Positions 57,758 through 64,000 of a stretch of 64,000 nucleotides of DNA are shown one piece after another. Below the pieces are notes generated by a model. The model did no database searches and was not told the DNA's origin. It saw nothing but the letters and a program-made list of their open reading frames with translations. The stretch is from an uncultured bacterium (lineage in GTDB: Bacteria; Bacillota; Clostridia; Christensenellales; QALW01), in assembly GCA_905214315.1 (NCBI GenBank), contig CAJMLN010000006.1:3210-67209 (forward strand), given 5' to 3'. The translations under genes were made by a program, and so were the position numbers. Position 1 is the stretch's first letter, and every line of letters begins with the position of its first letter.

Positions 57758-57874
57758 CGGGTTTTTGGGTTTTTAAAAGCGAGGGCACGGGCTTTAGGGC
57801 GCTGTGCTCTTTTTTTATATTAACAATATTTTCCGTAGAAAGCGCTTTTTCGGCCCGCCGACGGGGAAAAGCAG

Positions 57875-57903
57875 TGGAAAAAGCTTCTTCGCTGTGCTAT
57901 AAT
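57875..57903 (+). promoter_or_regulatory. candidate promoter TGGAAA-N17-TATAAT
   Basis: Read directly. It lies in the 380-nt gap upstream of the ECF sigma gene. Confidence 0.45.
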
Positions 57904-58012
57904 GGCTTCGGAATACAAGCGCGAGGGAACAGAAATTTGTTGGAACGGAAAAGATGCAAAAAAACAGTCTGCCCGAACGCTAAGGGATTTGAGGAACCGT
58001 CGCTTTCGGCAA

Positions 58013-58040
58013 AGGTCTGCGCACAATCAGACCTTTTTTT
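58013..58040 (+). terminator. intrinsic terminator about 100 nt upstream of the ECF sigma start
   Basis: aggtctg / cagacct 7-bp stem, 8-nt loop, then seven T. Confidence 0.7.
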
Positions 58041-58138
58041 GACCGGGTTTCAGGGCAAGAGGGAAAAAATTTTTTCTTTGCTGAAACATTTTGGCCTTTT
58101 GCAGCGTTTTAAGGGTGAAAGGGAAAGGAAAAACGGCT

Positions 58139-58621
58139 ATGAAGAACTATACCGATGAAGAGTTTAAACGAATCATGGACGACTGGGGCGATATGGTTCT
58201 GCGGATCTGCTTTGTGCGGCTGCGGAACTTTGCCGACGCACAGGATGCGTTCCAGGAGGTCTTTTTAAAGCTGTACCGCGCAAAAAAAACGCCGGAGCCG
58301 GAATTTCTGAAGCCCTGGCTGATTAAAACGGCCTGCAATACCTGTGCTTCGCAGCTGCGCAGCCGCCGGATTTTCCTTCCCCTTTCAGAGGATATCCCCG
58401 CGGCGGAGGCGTTTTATGACCGTACGGTTTTATCCGCTGTACTTTCCCTTTCCCAAACAGACCGCACGCTGGTGTATCTGTTTTATTACGAAAATTTAAA
58501 AACCGCGGAAATCGCCCGGATAACCGGTATAAAGGACGCGACCGTGCGTACGCGTCTGCGCCGGGCCAGGCTGACCTTAAAGGAAATTTTGCAGGAGGAT
58601 TTGTATGAGGAATCATTTTAA
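58139..58621 (+). CDS. ECF-type RNA polymerase sigma-70 family factor
   Basis: Region 2 (DAQDAFQEVFLKLY...PWLIKTACN) and region 4 (LKTAEIARITGIKDATVRTRLRRAR). Confidence 0.85.
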   Translation: MKNYTDEEFKRIMDDWGDMVLRICFVRLRNFADAQDAFQEVFLKLYRAKKTPEPEFLKPWLIKTACNTCASQLRSRRIFLPLSEDIPAAEAFYDRTVLSAVLSLSQTDRTLVYLFYYENLKTAEIARITGIKDATVRTRLRRARLTLKEILQEDLYEESF

Positions 58622-59924
58622 CGGCATCAGGGCCGATGAAGCATTAAAGCAGAAAACGCTGGAGAAAGCGAAGCAGAAGAGCCGAAAAGGACGGCTGCTG
58701 CCCTCTCTTTCCGCCGCGGCGGCCGTATTGGCGGCAGTGATCGGCCTTGCGGCGCTGGCGCCGTCGTGGATAAAAGGTTCCAACGCGGATAACGCTGTGC
58801 CGGAGAATCCGTCCCATAGCGTGGACGCGGAAAGCGCAGGCCGGGAAGAAATGAGCGGAATGCTGGGGGAAGCGCCGGCGGGGGCTCCGGAGGCGTCTAT
58901 AGAAACTGCATGGCCGGAGAGTCAGCCGCAAACCCGGATGACTGCCGCGGCCCTTGACGACAACGCCTGCTTTCAGCAATGGCTGGAACGAAAAAATGCT
59001 TCGGCGTTTGACCTTTACGGCTTTAAGGCCGACCGGCGCATTGCGGTTAAGGTGACGGGAGAAACCGGCGCGGCGTTGCCCTTTGCGGCCGTTACCTTGA
59101 CGGACGGACAGGGAAATATTCTGTATGACGCCGTTACCGACATCCGGGGAAACGCCTATCTGTTCTATGATTTTTATAATGTGTCGGGCACGCCCGCATC
59201 CGTGTGCGCTGCTTTTGCCGGCCGGAGGGCAGAGGCGGCGCTGACGCAGGGACAGACGGAGGTTTCGCTTTCCCTGCCGGTGCCGCCCGAGACGCCGCAG
59301 GCGCTGGATATTCTGTTTATGATCGATACTACCGGCTCCATGGGCGATGAGCTGGAGTATTTAAAGGAAGAAACCGCGCAGCTGCTCACGGAGCTTACGC
59401 TTGCCTACAGCACGCAGGTGAGTATTAACTTTTACCGGGACGAGGGCGATGCATACGTGGTAAAAAGCAATCCATTTACGGCGGACATCGGTCAAGCCGC
59501 AGCGCAGCTCAGGCAGGAAAGCGTGGACGGCGGAGGAGATTATCCCGAGGCGGTGGAAAAAGCGCTGGAAAATGGCATTTCCGGGCATCAGTGGCGCGGA
59601 AATTCCGTAAAAATTGCATTTTTAGTGCTGGACGCCCCGGCGCATAAGAGCGAGGGCGTGTCACAGAGTTTGTTTCAGAGCATTCAGGCGGCAGCCCGTC
59701 AGGGAATCCGTCTGATACCGGTGATGGCCAGCGGCGCGGATGAAGCCACGGAGATTCTTTGCCGCCAGCTTGCCTTGTTTACCGGCGGCCGGTTTGTATT
59801 TATTACCGACCACAGCGGGATAGGCAACGCGCACCGGGAACCCATTACTACGGTGGCTTATGAGGTAAAGCCGCTGATTACGATTTTAAAGGAGGTTATT
59901 TATGCGTATACAAAAATGGATTAA
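58605..59924 (+). CDS. putative anti-sigma factor: cytoplasmic N-terminus, one TM segment, extracytoplasmic VWA (MIDAS) domain
   Basis: 17-nt overlap with the sigma gene. TM segment LLPSLSAAAAVLAAVIGLAALAP. VWA motif LDILFMIDTTGSMGDELEYLK ... VLDAPAH ... ASGADE. Confidence 0.68.
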   Translation: MRNHFNGIRADEALKQKTLEKAKQKSRKGRLLPSLSAAAAVLAAVIGLAALAPSWIKGSNADNAVPENPSHSVDAESAGREEMSGMLGEAPAGAPEASIETAWPESQPQTRMTAAALDDNACFQQWLERKNASAFDLYGFKADRRIAVKVTGETGAALPFAAVTLTDGQGNILYDAVTDIRGNAYLFYDFYNVSGTPASVCAAFAGRRAEAALTQGQTEVSLSLPVPPETPQALDILFMIDTTGSMGDELEYLKEETAQLLTELTLAYSTQVSINFYRDEGDAYVVKSNPFTADIGQAAAQLRQESVDGGGDYPEAVEKALENGISGHQWRGNSVKIAFLVLDAPAHKSEGVSQSLFQSIQAAARQGIRLIPVMASGADEATEILCRQLALFTGGRFVFITDHSGIGNAHREPITTVAYEVKPLITILKEVIYAYTKMD

Positions 59925-60495
59925 AGCCACTGCGGTGGCTGTTCTTGCGGTAAGCATGACGGGATCGGCCTTCTGGCTGATTCATGCTGCGGGGCAGGAG
60001 GTGCCGCTCTCTGCCGGAGCGGGGAACTGGGACGGAGCTTCTGTCGTCATAAAGAGCGAGCCGTCTTCGCCGGCAGGGATTTCGTTGGCGGTGAGTATGG
60101 AAAACGCATTTTCGCAGGAGCAGGAAACGCCGCCGCTCTGCGGCGTGTCCGAGGATGCAGAGGAGTTGTTCGTTTCCTTTTCCGTGCTGGAAAGCTCAGC
60201 GGAGGGGTGCCGGCTGCAGGTTGTTAACAACAGCGCATCCCACATGCTTTCCACGGGCTACGCTTTTTCCCTGGAGGTGAAAAAGGGCGGGCAGTATGTA
60301 CCGGCGGATTACCATACGCCGCCCTGCTGGCCGGAGATCGCCTGCATGGTCGAGCCCGGCGGCACGCTGGTGCTGCGGTTTGACTGGCATGCTTCCTACG
60401 GCAGCCTGGCGCCAGGAGAATATCGGATTGTAACCGAATACTTTTCCGAAACTTCGGCCTTTACCCAAAAAACCCCGTTTACTGTAATAGAATAA
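59902..60495 (+). CDS. secreted Ig-like (Big_14-type) domain protein
   Basis: Signal/anchor AVAVLAVSMTGSAFWLI. LQVVNNSASHMLSTGYAFSLEVKKGGQYVP...VEPGGTLVLRFDW...LAPGEYRIVTEYF. 23-nt overlap with the upstream gene. Confidence 0.55.
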   Translation: MRIQKWIKATAVAVLAVSMTGSAFWLIHAAGQEVPLSAGAGNWDGASVVIKSEPSSPAGISLAVSMENAFSQEQETPPLCGVSEDAEELFVSFSVLESSAEGCRLQVVNNSASHMLSTGYAFSLEVKKGGQYVPADYHTPPCWPEIACMVEPGGTLVLRFDWHASYGSLAPGEYRIVTEYFSETSAFTQKTPFTVIE

Positions 60496-60497
60496 AA

Positions 60498-60527
60498 ATC
60501 CCTCCCTTATAAGGAGGGATTTTTTTC
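60498..60527 (+). terminator. intrinsic terminator
   Basis: atccctcc / ggagggat 8-bp stem followed by seven T, immediately after the stop codon. Confidence 0.8.
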
Positions 60528-60736
60528 GTATCCCGTTTTTTTTCGTTGTTAAGGCGCTTTTTCGGCGCGGCTGTGGCGTTTGGCTAAAAATGCTTACAAA
60601 CTACGGAAGATAAAAAGTCCCAAAAACTATAAAACACCCGGAGAAAGGCGTTTTATAGCTGTTTATGAAGTTCATCAGAAAAGGGGGGATGAGATGCCCA
60701 AAATTAAAATTGGTACTCCCCTTTTCGCCTACTATA

Positions 60737-61576
60737 TTACTCCAAATTTAATTTTTTTTCAAGTAAATATTTTGAAAGGAAAAAACAGCAGATTGCAAAT
60801 ATTGCGCTTATGATAATTGAAAGGGTATTGGTCAGGTTCATATAGGCGTCCGTACTCAATTCCAGCAAAGTACCGCTGCTTAACAGCAGGGGGAAAAATA
60901 AGACGATGGAGCTGACGATGCTCTTGATGGCCGATATGGCAAAAATCAGGCCGATTGCCGATAAAATCTTGTGCTTTCGGGCGATTACGGCGCCAAGAAT
61001 GATTGCCGTATAGATCATCAGTATCGTGCTGATGCAGGAGAGCACCAGGTTTATAAGCGTTAGGGCCAGCGCTGCCCAGTTTTGAAGCTCCAGAAGGTTT
61101 AAATTCAAAAAAAGCTGTTGGAGAGAGCGTGAAACGGCATCCAAATCCATTTCAAAAATATCCATAAAAGGAATAAATAGTACAATAAAAGCAAAAAATG
61201 TAGCAATCCATGCAATGAGGTTCCATACAAAAGCAGTGAATAGCTTGGAGCAAAGAATGTTGGCCGGCGATACCGGCAGGGTAAAAGTAAGATAGCCCTC
61301 GTCCGTCACCAGATTCTTATAAAAGTGCACCATCATGAAAACCATCATCAGCGCGCACAGCGCGAACAGGGCAAAAATGCACAAAGTAAATAAAAAAGCG
61401 CTGGAAATGGTTAAAAAAATGCCCAATGTAGATTCGAAGCCCGTTCCGGAAATCCCGCGGTTCAATAAGAAGGAAAATACGGCGCCCAAAACTCCCGTGC
61501 ATAGAATAGAGAGCACCAGCGGCAGCCCGTAACGCCGGGTATTGATAAAATCATATTTCAGCAGCTTGGAAAACAT
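60737..61576 (-). CDS. ABC-2-type exporter permease (six or more TM segments), no family assigned
   Basis: Hydrophobic throughout. 19-nt overlap with the upstream ATPase gene. AT-rich relative to its surroundings. Confidence 0.6.
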   Translation of the reverse strand: MFSKLLKYDFINTRRYGLPLVLSILCTGVLGAVFSFLLNRGISGTGFESTLGIFLTISSAFLFTLCIFALFALCALMMVFMMVHFYKNLVTDEGYLTFTLPVSPANILCSKLFTAFVWNLIAWIATFFAFIVLFIPFMDIFEMDLDAVSRSLQQLFLNLNLLELQNWAALALTLINLVLSCISTILMIYTAIILGAVIARKHKILSAIGLIFAISAIKSIVSSIVLFFPLLLSSGTLLELSTDAYMNLTNTLSIIISAIFAICCFFLSKYLLEKKLNLE

Positions 61577-62271
61577 CTGAACACCTCCCTGAAAAACTGA
61601 TCCAGCGACATTCCCTTCTGGGTACGTACGGTATCGGCGGTATCATGCACATAAATACGGCCGTTATTGATAAAAAGGAATTCGTCCAGAATCTTTTCCA
61701 CATCCTGTATCAGGTGGGTGGAAAGAATCACGGAGGATTCCGGCCGGTAGTTTTGCAGAATCGTATTTAAAATATATTCTCTGGCCGCCGGATCGACGCC
61801 GCCGATGGGTTCATCCAGCAAATAGAGCTTGGCTCTGCGCGCCATAACCAGTACCAGCTGGACCTTTTCCCGTGTTCCCTTGGAGAGCGTCCGGAGCTTC
61901 GCCTGGGGCGGCACCGCCAGCAGGCGGAGCATAGATTCGGCCTGCGCGGCGTCAAAATCCGCATAAAAATCGCGGAAAAAGGTTACGCAGCGGGCCACGG
62001 TCATGGAGGGGTTGAAATAGAGCCGCTCCGGCAGGTACGATACATAGGCCTTCGTTTCGGGGCCGGGAACATTTCCGTCAATGGTCACGCTGCCCGCGGT
62101 AGGGGTCAGAAGCCCGGCCAGCAGCTTGATCAGTGTGGTCTTTCCACTGCCGTTAGGGCCTAAAAGGCCGATAATTTTTCCCCTGGGCAGCTCCAGGTTG
62201 AGGTTGTCAAGCGCCGGCAGGCTTCCGTATTTTTTTGTCAGCCCGCAGCAGCGCAGAATCGGCTCGCTCAT
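61558..62271 (-). CDS. ABC transporter ATP-binding protein (ABC-2 / bacitracin-type exporter ATPase)
   Basis: Start at Met9 of the tracked ORF, after aaaggatgttttacc. GPNGSGKTT, LSKGTREKVQL, LYLLDEP. Confidence 0.88.
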   Translation of the reverse strand: MSEPILRCCGLTKKYGSLPALDNLNLELPRGKIIGLLGPNGSGKTTLIKLLAGLLTPTAGSVTIDGNVPGPETKAYVSYLPERLYFNPSMTVARCVTFFRDFYADFDAAQAESMLRLLAVPPQAKLRTLSKGTREKVQLVLVMARRAKLYLLDEPIGGVDPAAREYILNTILQNYRPESSVILSTHLIQDVEKILDEFLFINNGRIYVHDTADTVRTQKGMSLDQFFREVFRCFPSC

Positions 62272-62371
62272 GGTAAAACATCCTTTCTTTTTCATTTTTT
62301 CCGGCCGGCTGTGCGCTGAACCGGCAAGGCTTCTTTTTTTTTACAGAGAAATATTTCTTTTGTACTATTTC

Positions 62372-62400
62372 ATCATACGCTATTTTAAAAGAAAAGTCAA
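62372..62400 (-). promoter_or_regulatory. promoter TTGACT-N17-TATGAT for the ABC exporter operon
   Basis: Read on the minus strand: ttgacttttcttttaaaatagcgtatgat. Confidence 0.5.
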
Positions 62401-62486
62401 TATTTAAAACACAGAGGTTAGCCCCGTTGGTTTGCGCAGAGAGAACGTGGCGCAGGCATTATTTTTGCAAAAAAGCCCCCGGGGTA

Positions 62487-62515
62487 TTGACTTTGCTTTT
62501 GGGGTTTGCTATAAT
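62487..62515 (+). promoter_or_regulatory. promoter TTGACT-N17-TATAAT for the GH140-like gene
   Basis: ttgactttgcttttggggtttgctataat read directly. About 35 nt upstream of ATG 62550. Confidence 0.6.
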
Positions 62516-62549
62516 CGGGGAAAGATTAAAATTTGCGAGGTAAAAAATC

Positions 62550-64000
62550 ATGCAGCTTCAAAAATGGCTTTGCGGCGAGCTGACGTTTCATGCCGCTTCA
62601 GCCTATCAGGATCCTTTTGGCGAAGTGGAGATGACCGCTGTTTTCACCTGCGAGGACGGCACTGTTTTGACCCGCCCCGCTTTCTGGGATGGCGGCGACG
62701 TTTGGCGCGTGCGCGTAGCGCTGACGCGTCTGGGCAGCTGGACGTATACCACCGCCTGCTCTAACAGGGGCGATGCCGGCCTGCACGGCGTGTTCGGTGC
62801 CATAGAATGCGTGGAATATACCGGCGAGCATGCGATTTATAAACACGGCTTTTTAAAGGTGAGTGAGGACGGCCACTATTTTGTGCACGACGACGGCACG
62901 CCGTTCTTTTATTTGGGTGATACTCACTGGCTGATGCCCCACGAGCATTGGAACGATTCCAACGTGGAGGGCATTGAATCCCAGTTCCGCTTTATGGTGG
63001 ATGTGCGCATTGCCCAAGGGTTTACGGTATACCAGTCCGAGCCGCTTTCCCCGCCGAAGATGAATTTTCATGACGGCATCGACGAGGCCGACGTGGCCGT
63101 TCTGCGCGAGGCGTTTGATGAAAAATTCCGCTATATTGCCCAAAACGGCCTGGTGCACGCCAACGCCGAGCTGTTCTTTACCCCTACGATTAACGATAAC
63201 CGCTTTACGCCGGAATATTTAGTGCGCCTGACCAAGATGTGGTCGGCCCGGTACGGCGCTTACCCGGTGCTGTGGACCGTGGCCCAGGAAAGCGACGTGG
63301 ATTTTTACGGCGGTGCCGAGATACGCAAATGGATGGTGGTGGCGGAAACGCTTTATTTAAACGATTGCTATAAGCACCCGCTTACCGCGCACATGTGCAA
63401 CGACGGCCGCTGTTTTGCCCATAATACGGCCTGGGGCGATAAGTACTTCCATTTCTGGTTTGGCCTGCAGGCCCAGGGGATGTCCAATCTCAAATATTTC
63501 CGGGATTTCTATACCTACAGCCCCGCCAAGCCCATGGTCAATTACGAAACCGGCTACGAACACCTTTGGAACCCGGAAAACGGGGCCGTATGCGCGGGGT
63601 ATCGTTCCTTTTTAAACGGCGTGTTCGGCTACGGCTACGGCGCCCACGGCGTTTGGAACGGCAATTATGATATCAACGACTGGATGGATTACGGCGGCTA
63701 TATGCGCTGGTTTGAGGGGCTGAACCTGCCCGGCGGCGCCAAGCTGATTGCAATGCGGCAGCTGTTTGAAAGCATTCCCTGGTGGAAGCTCACCCCCCGG
63801 TTTGACGATACCGCCTGGTGGGATTTTGACGTGGAAATGTGCCTCTCTACGCTGGAGGACCATACGTATATCGCCATGCTGTTCCAATCCGGACCGGCGC
63901 ACGCGGTGTTTAAGCAGCTGAAAAACGAAAAGTATTCCGCCTTTTGGTTTGACGTTCACTCCGGCAGCCTGACGCTGGCCGAGGAATTTGTTCCCGAAAA
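62550..64000 (+). CDS. DUF5060 + DUF4038 (GH140-like) glycoside hydrolase, 3'-truncated by the window edge
   Basis: Absent from the ORF track because it has no stop in the window. I translated it by hand: MQLQKWLCGELTFHAASAYQDPF...TRPAFWDGGDVWRVR..., then GTPFFYLGDTHWLM (recalled DUF4038 signature PFFWLGDTAW). The frame stays open to nt 64000. Confidence 0.72.
   Translation, partial: MQLQKWLCGELTFHAASAYQDPFGEVEMTAVFTCEDGTVLTRPAFWDGGDVWRVRVALTRLGSWTYTTACSNRGDAGLHGVFGAIECVEYTGEHAIYKHGFLKVSEDGHYFVHDDGTPFFYLGDTHWLMPHEHWNDSNVEGIESQFRFMVDVRIAQGFTVYQSEPLSPPKMNFHDGIDEADVAVLREAFDEKFRYIAQNGLVHANAELFFTPTINDNRFTPEYLVRLTKMWSARYGAYPVLWTVAQESDVDFYGGAEIRKWMVVAETLYLNDCYKHPLTAHMCNDGRCFAHNTAWGDKYFHFWFGLQAQGMSNLKYFRDFYTYSPAKPMVNYETGYEHLWNPENGAVCAGYRSFLNGVFGYGYGAHGVWNGNYDINDWMDYGGYMRWFEGLNLPGGAKLIAMRQLFESIPWWKLTPRFDDTAWWDFDVEMCLSTLEDHTYIAMLFQSGPAHAVFKQLKNEKYSAFWFDVHSGSLTLAEEFVPE

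Noticed and set aside
57902-58051. 49-codon ORF (MASEYKREGTEICWNGKDAKKQ...) inside the orphan promoter-terminator unit.
   Set aside because: Its ATG lies within the predicted -10 hexamer, it has no RBS, and its basic low-complexity sequence runs through the terminator stem. A non-coding RNA is the more economical reading.
60528-60736. 77-aa plus-strand ORF (60580..60813) and a ctataaaac..gttttatag hairpin in the gap after the Ig-like gene.
   Set aside because: The ORF has no RBS and overlaps the 3' end of the convergent permease gene. The hairpin lacks a U-run and is probably part of the convergent terminator region. Nothing more can be supported.
60737-62271. Lower GC in the ABC-2 exporter operon, as a possible second horizontally acquired islet.
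   Set aside because: The drop is mainly in the very hydrophobic permease gene, whose Leu/Ile/Phe-rich codons are AT-rich. The ATPase gene is only mildly lower. No mobility genes or repeats flank it.

Overview
This is a 64 kb chromosomal segment that looks Gram-positive and Clostridia-like. That assignment is inferred from gene content, sortase-type sorting signals, strong GGAGG ribosome-binding sites and GC that is high by eye (roughly 58-62%). Coding density is about 90%, and I saw no rRNA, tRNA or CRISPR array. The housekeeping backbone is gltX (5' partial), polA-coaE-SLT-SBP, glgA-glgP-GH13, metY-metA, metK, secA, prfB (programmed +1 frameshift), tsaD, metG and tatD. Carbohydrate loci controlled by AraC-type regulators sit between these: two xylose-isomerase-like TIM-barrel genes, a GH4 gene, nahK plus a DUF4091 gene, a heparinase II/III-like gene, and a GH140/DUF4038-like gene (3' partial). 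The strongest candidate for something new is the envelope locus at about 48.2-57.8 kb. It contains an LtaS/EptA-like transferase, signal peptidase I, a single ORF fusing a YidC insertase to a TagF-type glycerophosphotransferase, and an ABC importer whose last gene overlaps a winged-helix/LicC-type nucleotidyltransferase gene. I read this as a possible import, nucleotide-activate and attach pathway for a phospho-head group; that is inference only. Other items worth a second look: (1) a low-GC islet at 20.4-23.8 kb with a decayed TnpV-like gene and a beta-helix/Cna-B surface protein, driven by a consensus promoter immediately followed by a (CATA)8 tetranucleotide repeat; (2) a prfB frameshift site reading CUU UAA C rather than the textbook CUU UGA C; (3) a terminator-containing metY-metA leader with no recognisable S-box; (4) a promoter-to-terminator unit of about 130 nt upstream of an ECF sigma / VWA anti-sigma / Ig-like operon; (5) three copies of a GTTTCA-N2-TGAAAC palindrome around the GH13 gene. 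Every family assignment comes from motif recognition by eye. No searches or computations were run.
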